Origin: an uncultured Holophagales bacterium | Lineage (GTDB): Bacteria > Acidobacteriota > Thermoanaerobaculia > Multivoradales > UBA5704 | Reading direction: 5' to 3' | Assembly: GCA_963842525.1 (NCBI GenBank) | Contig: CAWJGT010000009.1 | Location: forward strand, 512,001 to 576,000 | DNA length: 64,000 nucleotides | Shown here: in pieces, positions 53,080 through 64,000 of the stretch | Numbering within the stretch: position 1 is the first letter of the stretch | Layout: the number at the start of each line of letters is the position of its first letter | Translations under genes and position numbers: made by a program | The notes under the pieces: generated by a model | What the model saw: the letters and a program-made list of their open reading frames with translations, nothing else | What the model was told of the DNA's origin: nothing | The model's database searches: none

Positions 53080-53600
53080 TGAGCACGCAGGCCCAGGTCT
53101 ATATCGCTGCGATCCTGGCCGCGCTCGGCGCGCGCGATCCGCTGGAGGTCCTGCGCGAGATGCCGGGCGCGCTGCGGAACGCCATCGCCGGGCTTTCTCC
53201 TGCCCAGCTTGCAACGCCCGAAGCTCCCGGGAAGTGGTCCATGTGCCAGGTCGTCCAGCATCTGTCCGACTCGGACATTGTGGGGGCGTTCCGCTTCCGC
53301 ATGGTGCTGGCGCAAGACTCCCCCACACTGGCGGGTTACGACCAGGACCTCTGGGTGGAGCGGGTGCATCGCAACGACACCGACATCGAAACGGCGCTGA
53401 TCGAGCTCACCGCGCTGCGCCAGGCCAATGTGCGGCTGCTCGAGCGGCTGACGCCGGAGGAGCTCGACCGCGTTTCTCTGCACGCCGAGCGCGGGCCAGA
53501 GAGCCTCGGGCACATGGTGCGGCTGTATGCCGGCCACGACATCGTCCACCTCCGGCAGTTGGCCCGCATCCGCAAGGCGGTCGCCCCTGCCGAGGCGTGA
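53079..53600 (+). CDS. DinB-family protein
   Basis: PGKWS..QVVQHL.D, GYDQD.W, AGHDIVH. Confidence 0.88.
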   Translation: MSTQAQVYIAAILAALGARDPLEVLREMPGALRNAIAGLSPAQLATPEAPGKWSMCQVVQHLSDSDIVGAFRFRMVLAQDSPTLAGYDQDLWVERVHRNDTDIETALIELTALRQANVRLLERLTPEELDRVSLHAERGPESLGHMVRLYAGHDIVHLRQLARIRKAVAPAEA

Positions 53601-53603
53601 GCG

Positions 53604-54254
53604 GTGACGCTCCTCTCACGAGCCCTGTTGGTGCTCAACCCCCGGCGACGCATCCGGGCCGTCTTCACGCAGCACTACCGCTCGCGCGGCTGGCAGGAGC
53701 CGGAGACCGTTTCGGGCCACGGCTCGACCCTCGACCGCACCGCCTCGATCCGGCGCGAGCTGCCCGCGCTGTTTCGCGAGCTCGGCGTCCGCAGTGTCCT
53801 CGATGCAGGCTGCGGCGACTTCAACTGGTTCCACGCGATGGAGACCCCGCTGGACAGCTATGTCGGAGTCGAGGTCGTCGAAGAGCTGGCGGCGATTAAT
53901 CAGGAGCGCTACGGAGCTGATCAATGCCGGTTTGTCTCTTTGGACGTCACCCGCGATGACCTGCCGCGCGTCGATCTGATTTTCTGCCGGGACTGCCTCG
54001 TGCACCTGAAGAATGCTCAGGTGCGTGCGGCGCTCCGCAACTTTCGGCGCAGCGGATCGACTTATCTCCTCGCAACCACGTTCACGGAGGACCATCCGAA
54101 TGAGGATGTCCCGCTCGGAGGATGGCGTCCCCTGAACCTCGCGCGAGATCCGTTCGGCCTGGGGCCGCCGCTACGGTTGATCAGCGAACGTGAGTCCGTC
54201 GAGGACGAAAGATACTTCGACAAGAGCCTGGGATTATGGGCACTGCAAGGTTGA
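53604..54254 (+). CDS. Class I SAM-dependent methyltransferase
   Basis: SG.GS, VLDAGCGDFNW, CRDCLVHL. Confidence 0.85.
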   Translation: MTLLSRALLVLNPRRRIRAVFTQHYRSRGWQEPETVSGHGSTLDRTASIRRELPALFRELGVRSVLDAGCGDFNWFHAMETPLDSYVGVEVVEELAAINQERYGADQCRFVSLDVTRDDLPRVDLIFCRDCLVHLKNAQVRAALRNFRRSGSTYLLATTFTEDHPNEDVPLGGWRPLNLARDPFGLGPPLRLISERESVEDERYFDKSLGLWALQG

Positions 54255-55042
54255 TGGACACCGCAGCCTACCTCGAACGCATCAGATATCATGGTCCGCT
54301 GGAGCCAACCGCCGGGACGCTACGGCAGTTGCAAGTGGCGCATCTCCTCTCCGTCCCTTTCGAAAACCTGAGCATTCACGTGGGAGAGCCGATCGAGCTG
54401 ACCGATGAAGCCCTTTTCGAAAAAATCGTGACGCGCCGGCGTGGCGGTTTCTGCTATGAGCTCAACGGGCTGTTCGCCGCCCTGCTGCGCGCCCTGGGCT
54501 TCGACGTCGTGATGCTTTCGGCCGCCGCGATGCGCGCGGACGGGTCGTTCGGGCCCGAATTCGATCACATGGCGCTCCTGGTCAATCTCGCGGAGCGCTG
54601 GCTGGCGGACATCGGCTTCGGCGACTCGTTCCGCGAGCCGCTGCAGTTGGATGAGCGTGGGGAGCAGGCGGAGGTCCGGCGTGCCTATCGGATCGATGCT
54701 GCCGACGAGGACCGCCTGGTCCTGATGCAGCGCGACGAGGGCGGTGTATGGAAGGGTGAATATCGCTTCAGCCTGGAGCCGCACGCGTACGCCGACTACG
54801 CCGGGATGTGCCACTACCACCAGACCTCGCCGGAATCACACTTCACGCAGCGCAGCGTCTGCTCCCTGGCGACGCCGGATGGGCGCGTGACGTTGAGCGG
54901 AATGCGGCTCATCACCACCAGGGACGGCGAGCGGCAGGAGCGTGAGTTGGCGGATGAAGAGGAGTATGCCGCGACGCTGAGGAATTACTTCGGGATCGTG
55001 CTGCTAGGAACGGTGGACAGCGGCCCGATCAGCACGACCTGA
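54254..55042 (+). CDS. Arylamine N-acetyltransferase
   Basis: PFENL, RGGFCYELN, HMAL, ADIGFG (Cys-His-Asp triad). Confidence 0.93.
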   Translation: MDTAAYLERIRYHGPLEPTAGTLRQLQVAHLLSVPFENLSIHVGEPIELTDEALFEKIVTRRRGGFCYELNGLFAALLRALGFDVVMLSAAAMRADGSFGPEFDHMALLVNLAERWLADIGFGDSFREPLQLDERGEQAEVRRAYRIDAADEDRLVLMQRDEGGVWKGEYRFSLEPHAYADYAGMCHYHQTSPESHFTQRSVCSLATPDGRVTLSGMRLITTRDGERQERELADEEEYAATLRNYFGIVLLGTVDSGPISTT

Positions 55043-55177
55043 GGAGACCTCCTGGGCCGAAATCGTCGTCTCCTCTGCTTGATCCTCGACCACCTGCTCG
55101 AACATCTCGAGCAGGGGGGACGCGTAGGAGGCCTCGCCAAGCCGTCAGCAGGAGCGTGCGCCGCTCCGGCAAGCTGC

Positions 55178-55702
55178 TCAGATCTCGCAGCTCACTTCGG
55201 ATTCCGCGTTGCAGGTGTCGGTACCGGAGCCGCCGTCGGCGTAGTCGTCGCCCGTGTCGCCGGTCAGGTTGTCGTTGTCGCCCTCACCGTACAGGCAGTC
55301 GTTGCCGGAGTCGCCGTAAGCCGTATCGGTGCCGGACCCGCAATAGATGGTGTCGTCGCCGGCATTGCCGTCGATGGTGTCGTTGCCGCCCAATCCATTG
55401 ATGCACTCATGAGCCGAAGTGCCGTTCAACGTGTTGCCGCTGCTGGTCCCGTTGATGGTCGAGGTGCAGGAGGTCGCGAGGCATGAGCCGCAGAAGTCGA
55501 TACAGGTAGGGCCAGACATCCCACAGGTCGACTCGTTGCACTCGGGACAGTCGGGAATTTCGGGACCGCTGGTGCACACCTGGCTGCAACTCGAAGAACA
55601 ATTGCATAAGCCGCAGAGGAGCCCGGAAGCCGGGGGGGCCGCCAGCATCAAGACCAGTCCCAGGGCGAACACGACTGCGATACCACAGTCTCTCTTGCTC
55701 AT
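55178..55702 (-). CDS. Secreted Cys-rich protein with RTX-like Ca-binding repeats
   Basis: Signal peptide, Cys-dense segment, GLGGND/GNAGDD/GDSGND nonapeptides; AGGAGG RBS. Confidence 0.8.
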   Translation of the reverse strand: MSKRDCGIAVVFALGLVLMLAAPPASGLLCGLCNCSSSCSQVCTSGPEIPDCPECNESTCGMSGPTCIDFCGSCLATSCTSTINGTSSGNTLNGTSAHECINGLGGNDTIDGNAGDDTIYCGSGTDTAYGDSGNDCLYGEGDNDNLTGDTGDDYADGGSGTDTCNAESEVSCEI

Positions 55703-55783
55703 CGGCTCCTCCTGTTCGCGTAGAACAATCTCTACTCTGCTGTAAGATAGCACATGCGTAGCTCAGCTTGTCAAGGAGGTCTC

Positions 55784-58700
55784 ATGCAGTGGCTCATCAG
55801 GCTCGCGGTCCTCAGCGCCTGCGTTCTCGCTCCGGCCGCTGCCGGCGCGACGCCTGCACCGCTCGAAGTTTCCGGGCTGGTCGTCCGGGCCGGTGGGGCT
55901 CCAGCCGCTGTACGGGCGGTGCTCCTGCCTCTGCCGGGCAACCATGCCTGGCGGCGCGCCGTGCTTGCCGGGGCGGCGCCCGATCCCGCGGCGACGGTCG
56001 ACGCCGGCAGCGACGGGCGGTTCGTCCTCACGGCGCCGGCGGTGGGAGTGTGGTCGGTGGTGGTGACGGCTGCGGGCCGGGTGCCGATGCGCTACGTGCC
56101 CTTGCCGGTGACGGACCCCGTCGAGCTGCCGCCGCTCGAGCTGGTGCCCGATGCCGGCGTCGAGGTCACGGTGCGATGGCGAGACGGAAAGCCCGCGGCC
56201 GGCGTCTGGGTGCTGCTCACGACCGGGTCTCCGGAAGCTCATGCAAGGACTGCGGGCCGACGGCTGGCAGGTCGACTCGCGGCTCGGGCGCACGGACGCG
56301 GCAGGGCGGATGAGGTTGCCGCGCCTGGCTGGCGAGGAGGTGAAGGTCCATGCGTTCGCCGGGGACGCCCGCGCAGCCGCTGCCGTCTCGGCCGGCATGG
56401 CGCGGGCGGAGCTGGTCCTGGAGCCCGCGGCCGGCGGTCGCCTCGTCGAGATCCGCGAGGCGTCCGGCGCTCCTGTCGCTGGCGTCGCGGTCTCGGTGGG
56501 CAGCCCGGCGTGGCCCGCCGGCATCGCGGACCGCGACGGCCGGCTGTCCCTTCCGCTCGATCAAGGGCCGTTCAACCTCCTCCTCGCGGACGGCCGCCGC
56601 TACAAGCTGGAGTCGTTGCCGGTCGCTGGCGGTGCCGCAGGCGATCCCCTCCGCATCGATCTGGCGCCGTTGCGGCGCCTCGATGGCAAGCTGCTCGACG
56701 CCGCGACCCGGCGGCCTCTCGCCGGAGCGCTGGTGTGGCCGGGCGACGATCCGGGGAACGCCACCTTCACCGACGATCGGGGCCTCTATACCGTCGCGGA
56801 ACGCGCCGGCAGCGCCTGGGTGCGGGCCGCGGCGAGGGGCTTTCTACCGCAGGTCGCGACACTGCTGCGAGCTGACGCCGCCACCGCCCGGATCCCCACT
56901 CTCGCTCTCGAGACCGCCAACTCGCTCGCTGGGCGCGTGGTCGACACGGCGGGAGCGCCGCTCGGCGGCGTGGTCCTCACCGTGGCTCCGGATCGCCGCC
57001 CGCGGGACGAGGTCTTCCGTCTCGACCGTGCCGCGAGCCGGGCGGTGAGCGACGCCCAAGGCCGCTTCCTCCTGCGTGGCCTCGCCGCGGCGGCGTCTTA
57101 CGACCTAACCGCGAGCCGGCCGGGCTATCGGGCGACGAAGGCGACCGCGGCGGCGCGCGGCGAGGTCCGACTCATCCTCGAACGGGCCCGGTCCGCGCGT
57201 GGCCTCGCCGCCGACACCCGCGAGCGCCCGCTGGCCGGCGTCGAGGTGACGATCCGGCCTTCCCCCGCCGGCTCCGCTCCCGGCGAGACCGTGACCGCCG
57301 TCACCGACCCACGAGGGCGCTTCGAGGTGCCGGCGCTCCCCGGCGACCGGGTGGACCTCGAGGCCCGGCGGCAAGGCTTCGCCCCTACGATCGTTCCGGG
57401 AGTCGCGATCGCTCCGGGTCCGGGCTCCGTCGATCTCGGAACCCTGACCCTCGCGCCCGGCGTGCGGATCGAAGGCCGGGTCGCCGACGCCGCAGGCCGG
57501 CCGCTCGCCGGGGCCGGGGTGTGGTTGACTGAGGCAGATCGCCTGCCGAGCCGCGCGCTGGCCGAGACGCTCCGGCCGCAGGAGCCCGCCGCGGTGAGCG
57601 ATGAGGCCGGCCGCTTCGCGATCGCCGATCTCACCAGAGGGCGGATGGTGAACGTCCTCCTCGCGCGCGAGGGATACCTGCCCGCCTGGGTGGCGCGCGT
57701 CGAGGCGCCGCCCGCCAGGCCGCTCGCGGTGGTGCTGGAGCCGGCTTCCGGTATCCGCGGGCGGGTCGAAGACGAATCCGGCGAGCCGGTGCCGGGGGCG
57801 AGCGTGCGCCTGCGCCCCGCAACGCCTCCGCCTGGGACCGTCGGCGTGGAGCGACGGCGATCCGAGAACACGATGGACGTCCGGTCCGACCGCGACGGGA
57901 CCTTCGCCCTGGCCGAGGTCGCGCCGGGCCAGGTGACGCTCGAAGCCTCGGCGGAGGGGTTCCTGCCCCTCGAGCCCGTCGAGATCCAGGTGCCGCTGAG
58001 AGGCGCGGTCGAGGACGTGCGCCTCGTCCTCGACCGCGGCGCCACCGTCAGCGGCCAGGTCACCACCACCGGCGGCGAGCCGGTCGCCGGTGTGAGCCTC
58101 CGCATCGGTCCGGCCAGCGGCGAGTCCGATGCCGAGGGCCGTTACCGCCTGGCGGGCGTCCCTCTCGGATTGAAGGGACTGTACCTCAGCCATCCGGCCT
58201 ACAAGGGGAAGGCCCGGGAGGTCGACGTCCAGCCGGGAGAGAACCGGGTCGACGTCACGCTGGAGAGAGGGGCGACGGTCTCCGGCCGCGTGGTCGACGA
58301 GGCGGGGACGCCGAGGATCGGCGCCGCGTTGACGTTGAGAAACCGCAGCGAGCGCGGTCCGCGCGGCTACCGGGCTCTGGCCGGCGCCGATGGCCGCTTC
58401 GAGATCCTCGCGGTCGCCGACGGCAGCTTCGACCTGGAGGCCGAGGCCGACGGCTTCGCGCCCACGGTCCACCCCGCCGTCGTCGAGGTGGCGGGGCGAG
58501 ACGTCGCGGGCCTCGAGCTGGTACTGCGGCGCGGGGCGACCGTCTTCGGCCGGATCCGGGGTCTCGATCGCACGCAGACGGCGGCGGTCGAGGTCACGGC
58601 CGAACGCGACGGACGGCCTGCGCGGACCGGGATGGTCGACCACGAGGGCCGCTACGAGATCGCCTCGCTCGAAGCCGGCGACTGGCACCTGCGGGGGCGG

Positions 58701-59819
58701 CTGGCCGGCGGTCGGCGCGAGGCCGAAGCGTGGGTGACGATCACGCCCGGCGACCGGAGAGTCGAGCGCGATCTGAAGCTCGGAGGCGGTTTGGCGCTCG
58801 ACGGGCTGGTGCTGGTGGAGGACCGGCCGCTGCCGCAATCCCACGTCAGCCTCCGCGGCCTCGACGTGACCGCCGAGCGCGGCGTGACCACCGATCATCA
58901 GGGCGCCTTTCGGATCGAGGACCTGGAGCCGGGCCGTTATCGCGTCGAGGTGGTCCACGGCGAGCGGATGTTGAGCCACACCGAGGACCTGGATCTCGAC
59001 GCCGACCGCGAGGTCGTGATCGAGATCGCCACCGCGGTGCTCTCGGGCACCGTCGTCGACGCCGGCTCCGGCGAAGGCGTGGCGGACGCGCTGGTCTACC
59101 TCGAGCGGCAGCTCGGCGGGGCCGAGGCCGGGCCGCTGACCACCGTCGGCACGAACGCCGCCGGCTCGTTCGTCACCGCCAGCCTGGCCCCGGGCCGCTA
59201 CCGGCTCACCGTACGCGGTAACGGCTATGCGCCGGAAGAACGCATCGTCGATGCCGAAGCCGGCGTTGCCGCCGAACCGTTGACGATCGAGCTCAAACCG
59301 ACCGCCGGTCTGACTCTCACCGTCCGGCGGGCCTCCGGCGAGCCACCGCTATGGGCGACCGTCGTCGTGCTCGACGAGAGCGGCCGCCCGGTTCACGTCG
59401 AGGAGCCGCGCCTGAGCGCCTACGGCAATGGGTATCTCCAGCAGATCCCGCCCGGCCAGTGGACCATCCTGGTCAAGGCAGCCGGCTCGGCCACCGCGCT
59501 CGCCAGGGCCACCGTCCCCGGCGAGAGGCTGGAGGTGACGTTGCCCCGCGGGGCAACGCTCACGGCTCGCGTCCCGCCGCTTCTGGAGTCCCGCGTCGCC
59601 GCCGCCCTGGCCCTCGTTGCCGCGGACGGTACTCCTTATCTCGGCATCAACCCCGGCGGGTACTTCCAGCAGTCATGGCCGTTGGTCGGAGGTGCGGCCA
59701 CCATCACCGACGTCCCCGCCGGTGTGTGGCGGCTGGAGGTCACCGCCGCCGATGGCCGGGTGTGGGCCGGCTCCGCGATCACGACCGGCGAGACGGCGGT
59801 GACCGCGGTGATCGAATGA
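55784..59819 (+). CDS. Large exported protein with many carboxypeptidase-regulatory-like repeats, frameshift near 56245
   Basis: Repeated GRVVD..G.P..G..V and TD..GRF units. Confidence 0.85.
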
Positions 59820-59873
59820 GAGGCCCGGGAAGAGGGACCGATTTCGCCCCTGCTTGGTGCGCGCCGCGCCGGC

Positions 59874-61430
59874 TCAGGAGGTCAGGTTGTCAGCCTGATG
59901 CTCGGGACGCAGCAGGTCCATCACCGTCTTGACCGGGGCGAAGGTCTCGTCCGGGATCTCGACGAAGACGGTGTTCCAGCCTGCCATGGCGCCGTTCCAG
60001 AGCCCGGGGCGCTCGAGGGCCTTGAGCGGTCTGCCCTCGTGCGACTTGTGGGAGATGAAGACGGTTGCCGGATCGACGCGGCGCCGCAAGTCGTAGGGCT
60101 GGCCGTGGCGGTCGCGCAAGGCGCAGGCGAGGTCGGTCGGGTTGAAGTAGGTGGACGCCGCGAGGATTTTCTGCTGCTCCGGCGACGCGGGGTCGATCTG
60201 TGAGGTCTCGACGATCTGGAGCGACACGTCGCCCGTCTGCGACTCCACCCAGAAGGGGCCGCCTCCGGGCTCGCCCAGGTTGCGTACCATGCCGCAGACC
60301 CGCAAGGGCCGGTCCAGGGCGTGGATCAGGTACTGCCGCCGCGTTTCGCTGCCCGCGATGGCGATGTCCGGCGGCACCGTGCGGCACAGGTCGTCAGCCA
60401 GGAATCTGTCGACTTCGTCCAGCAGCTCGAGGGGGGCGGGGCCGGCCTCCAACCTCTCCAGACAGCCGAAAACCCGCTTCTGCAGGGCGACCAGGGCGCC
60501 GGCCATGAGCTTCTTCCACAGGATGCCCGTGTCTTTACGGCTGTCCGGGACCACGTTGTCGATGTTCTTGAGCAGGACGATGTCCCAGCCCAACGCGGCA
60601 AGGGCCTGCAGGTTCTCGATCAGCGAGCCGTGCCCGCCGGGACGGAAGAGGAGCGTGCCGTCCTCCTGCCGGAAGGGGCGGTTCTCGGGATCGACCGCCA
60701 GGGTGTCCGTGGACCTCGACTGGTCGGAGAAGGTCACCAGGAATCGGCAGCCGTAGCGCTCCTCATAGCGCGGGCGGACGGCGTCGAGGAGCCGGGCGAA
60801 CCCCTCCTCGTGCTGGGGCGAGACGGTCAGGTGCAGACGGCAGGCGCCGTCCGCGTCCCGGGTGTAGGCCGCGGCCTCGACCAGGTGCTCCTCGAAGGCG
60901 GTCCGCGAGCCTTCCGGATACCGGTGGAATTTCAGGAGTCCCTTGGGCAATTCGGCATAGCCCAGGCCTTTTTCGGTGAGCAGCGCCGTCAGGATCGTCC
61001 GCCAGTCGCCCTGCTGCGCCAGCTTCATGAGATCGCGGCCGTCCCGTGCCAGGACGGCAGCGAGATCCTCGAAGAAGGCAAAGCGGGGAAGGTTGTCGAG
61101 GACCTTCCGCACTTCGGCCGGCGCCTCGGCCTGCTGTGGGTTGTTGAGGCACGAGATGAGCGATTTGAACATCCGGGTGGCCGCACCGGAAGCGGGAACG
61201 AATTTGCCGATCCGCCCCTGGGCCGCGGCCCGCTCGAAGACGGCCAGCAGCTCGGGATGATCGCTGTCGAAGAACCGCCGGATCCCGTCGCCGGGCGTGC
61301 AGGGCCGTAGCACCCGGGTGAAGAGCGACGGATTGCGGAACAGCTCGACCTGGCGGGCCGCTTCCTCGGGCGCAATGCCGAGGCCGTGCATCTGCCGCAG
61401 GTCGTTTTCGGTGAAGAGGTCTTCGGCCAT
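59874..61430 (-). CDS. DUF4301-family protein (nucleotidyltransferase-like)
   Basis: KFVPASGAATRMFK, FRPGGHG, KNIDN, GEPGGGPF, LWNGAM, PVKTV.DLLRPEH. Confidence 0.88.
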   Translation of the reverse strand: MAEDLFTENDLRQMHGLGIAPEEAARQVELFRNPSLFTRVLRPCTPGDGIRRFFDSDHPELLAVFERAAAQGRIGKFVPASGAATRMFKSLISCLNNPQQAEAPAEVRKVLDNLPRFAFFEDLAAVLARDGRDLMKLAQQGDWRTILTALLTEKGLGYAELPKGLLKFHRYPEGSRTAFEEHLVEAAAYTRDADGACRLHLTVSPQHEEGFARLLDAVRPRYEERYGCRFLVTFSDQSRSTDTLAVDPENRPFRQEDGTLLFRPGGHGSLIENLQALAALGWDIVLLKNIDNVVPDSRKDTGILWKKLMAGALVALQKRVFGCLERLEAGPAPLELLDEVDRFLADDLCRTVPPDIAIAGSETRRQYLIHALDRPLRVCGMVRNLGEPGGGPFWVESQTGDVSLQIVETSQIDPASPEQQKILAASTYFNPTDLACALRDRHGQPYDLRRRVDPATVFISHKSHEGRPLKALERPGLWNGAMAGWNTVFVEIPDETFAPVKTVMDLLRPEHQADNLTS

Positions 61431-61451
61431 GCGGGGTGAAGGCGCGGTCCG

Positions 61452-62018
61452 TCAGGGACCGGCGAGCCGGAGCTTTTGCACGATCTCGGCCAGGCGGGGG
61501 GCGTTGCGATCCTTGTCGTTGAGGACCGGGTCCTGCACGGGCCACGCGATCCCGATCTCCGGATCGTTCCAGACGATGGCGATCTCGTCGTCGCGGTCGT
61601 AGGGCTTCGTGCACTTGTACTGCACGTGCGCCGTGGCGGAGAGGACGCAGAAGCCGTGGGCGTAGCCGGGCGGGATGTAGAGCTGGTGGAAGTTCTCGCC
61701 CGACAGGACCGCGCCCACCCACCGGCCGAAGGTCGGCGACTCCGGACGGATGTCGACCGCCACGTCGAAGATCTCTCCCAGGATCACCCGCACGAGCTTG
61801 CCCTGCGGCTGCCGGAGCTGGGCATGGAGCCCGCGCAGGATCCGGCCGGCGGAGAAGGAGTGGTTGTCCTGGACGAAGGGATCGGGGATGCCGCCGGCCT
61901 GGTACTTCTCCTGGTGGTAGGTCTCCAGGAAGAACCCGCGGGTGTCGGGCCACACAACCGGCTTGACGAGGACGACCCCGTCGAGGCCCAGGCGCTCGAA
62001 TTCAATCTCTCGTCTCAT
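61452..62018 (-). CDS. rfbC: dTDP-4-dehydrorhamnose 3,5-epimerase
   Basis: DTRGFF.E, FVQDNHS, LRGLH, GYAHGF. Confidence 0.93.
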   Translation of the reverse strand: MRREIEFERLGLDGVVLVKPVVWPDTRGFFLETYHQEKYQAGGIPDPFVQDNHSFSAGRILRGLHAQLRQPQGKLVRVILGEIFDVAVDIRPESPTFGRWVGAVLSGENFHQLYIPPGYAHGFCVLSATAHVQYKCTKPYDRDDEIAIVWNDPEIGIAWPVQDPVLNDKDRNAPRLAEIVQKLRLAGP

Positions 62019-62022
62019 CGGG

Positions 62023-63104
62023 TCAGCTCCGGACCAGCCCGAGACGCTCACGCCCGTAGCGGCCCGCCTGCACGGCTTCGCACCAGGCGCGGTTGGCGAG
62101 GTACCAGCGCACGGTCGCGCGCAGGCCCGCGGCGAAGTCGTACCGCGGCTCCCAGCCGAGCTCGGTCCGCGCCTTGGTGTCGTCGATGGCATAGCGCCGG
62201 TCGTGGCCAGGCCGGTCGGCGACGAAGGTCTTGAGGTCCTTGTAGGAGGAGATCCCGCTGCAGGGCGCGCCGCAGGGTGCTCCTGGTCGAGGACCTCGCA
62301 GAGGGTGTCGACGAGCTGGAGGTTGGTCTTCTCGCTCCGCCCGCCGAGGTTGTACTTCTCGCCCGGCCGGCCCCGCTGCAGGACGGCGAGGACGCCGCGG
62401 CAGTGGTCCTCGACGTAAATCCAGTCGCGGACGTTGCCGCCGTCGCCGTAGATGGGCAGCGGTTTGCCTTCCAGGGCATTGAGCGTCATCAGGGGGATCA
62501 GCTTCTCGGGAAACTGGTAGGGGCCGTAGTTGTTCGAGCAGTTGGTGATCAGGACCGGCAGCCCGTAGGTCTCGTGCCAGGCGCGCGCCAGGTGGTCGGC
62601 GCCGGCCTTGGAGGCCGCGTACGGCGAATTCGGTGCGTACGGCGTGGTCTCCTGGAAGGCGCCGGTCGGCCCCAGGCTGCCGTAGACCTCGTCGGTCGAC
62701 ACGTGCAGGAAGCGGAAGCCGGCCCGCTCGTGCTCTGCCAGTCCCGCGAGGTACCGGCGCGCCGCCTCGAGCAGCTCGAAGGTGCCGACGATGTTCGTCT
62801 GGACGAAGGCGCCCGCGTCCTCGATCGAGCGGTCGACGTGGCTCTCGGCGGCGAAGTTGACGACCGCCGTGGGGCGGTGCTCGGCAAAGAGCCGCCGGAC
62901 CAGCTCGCGGTCCGCGATGTCGCCCTGGACGAACGCCAAGCGCGGGCTGTCGAGCACGCCGGCCAGACTCTCCAGGCTCCCCGCGTAGGTCAGCTTGTCC
63001 AGCACGATGATTCGCGGGGCGCGGGCGCCGGTCTCGGACAGGAGGAGCCGTACGAAGTTGCAGCCGATGAATCCGGCGCCGCCGGTGACCAGAAGGGTTT
63101 CCAT
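62023..63104 (-). CDS. rfbB: dTDP-glucose 4,6-dehydratase, frameshift near 62275
   Basis: [39 protein letters not shown]. Confidence 0.93.
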
Positions 63105-63142
63105 GGGCGGGGAAGTATATCGGACGTATACAATCCGCGCCC

Positions 63143-63972
63143 ATGATGCCGCAACCTTTGAGCCCCCTCCAGGCGATCGTGCTCGCCGTTGTCCAGGGGG
63201 TGACCGAGTTCCTCCCCGTCAGCTCCTCGGGGCACCTGATCCTGGTCCCCTATTTCCTGCGCTGGCCCGACCAGGGGCTGACCTTTGACATCGCCACCCA
63301 CACGGGGACGCTGCTGGCGATCCTGGCCTACTTCCGCCGCGACGTGCGCGACCTGGTCGTCGGCTTCTTCACCGGGCAGCCGCGCTCGGGCGACGGCGAC
63401 TTCTCGCCGCGCAGGCTCGCCTGGGCCATCCTCCTCGCCACGATTCCCGCCGGACTCGCCGGCCTGTTGTTCAAGGACTGGATCTCCACCCAGGCGCGCA
63501 GCCCGTTGCTGATCGCCGGTACGACGATCTTCTACGCGCTGGTGATGGCGGCGGCGGACCGCATGGGCCGGCAAGAGCGGAGCATCGGCGACATCGGCTG
63601 GGCATCGGCCCTGCTGATCGGCACGGCCCAGGCTCTCGCCCTCGTGCCGGGCACCTCGCGCTCGGGGATCACCATCGCCGCCGCCCTCTTCCTGGGGTTC
63701 GCCCGGCCTGCGGCGGCGCGCTTCTCGTTCCTCATGATCATCCCCATCAGCGTGCTGGTGGCAGCGATGGACGCAAAGGATCTGATCGAGGAGGGGGTGA
63801 CAACGGCGAGCTCGTGCCCATGGCCATCGGCCTGGCCGTCTCGGCGGTGGTGGGGTACCTGGTGATCGCCTGGCTCCTCGCCTGGCTGCGTCGGCAGCGC
63901 CTCACGGTGTTCGTGGTCTACCGGCTCCTGCTGGGGGCCGTCATCCTGGCGACGGTGCTCTTCCGAGGCTAG
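63143..63972 (+). CDS. uppP: Undecaprenyl-diphosphate phosphatase, frameshift near 63805
   Basis: [28 protein letters not shown]. Confidence 0.92.
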
Positions 63973-64000
63973 TTGCGAATTTCTTCACTTTCCTCTCGGC

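Noticed and set aside
61452-63104. Apparent RfbB-RfbC fusion (550 aa)
   Set aside because: Frameshift near 62275; the true RfbB C-terminus is in another frame ending at 62023

Overview
High-GC bacterial chromosome segment. Gene style (Oar-type TonB receptor, Bacteroidota-type sdhCAB, FtsZ tail [18 protein letters not shown] elements) suggests Acidobacteriota, possibly Thermoanaerobaculia; this is inference. Housekeeping genes (pruA, TPP enzyme, pcnB, sdhCAB, rfbBC, uppP) alternate with small accessory inserts: about seven toxin-antitoxin modules or remnants, TIR and SLOG-NDT proteins, a REP-associated transposase, a MITE and patches of scrambled gene fragments. No rRNA, tRNA or CRISPR array was recognised. 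Several core genes carry single frameshifts, probably long-read indel errors. The main finding is an insert of about 5.9 kb, bracketed by a ~0.9 kb direct duplication of the 3' half of a TPP-enzyme gene. It carries a tightly coupled four-gene operon: ECF sigma factor, zinc anti-sigma (HxxxCxxC) domain fused to a complete FtsA, an intact FtsZ, and a TIR protein. It lies outside any dcw cluster and is a candidate undescribed system linking division proteins to transcription control and TIR signalling or defence.
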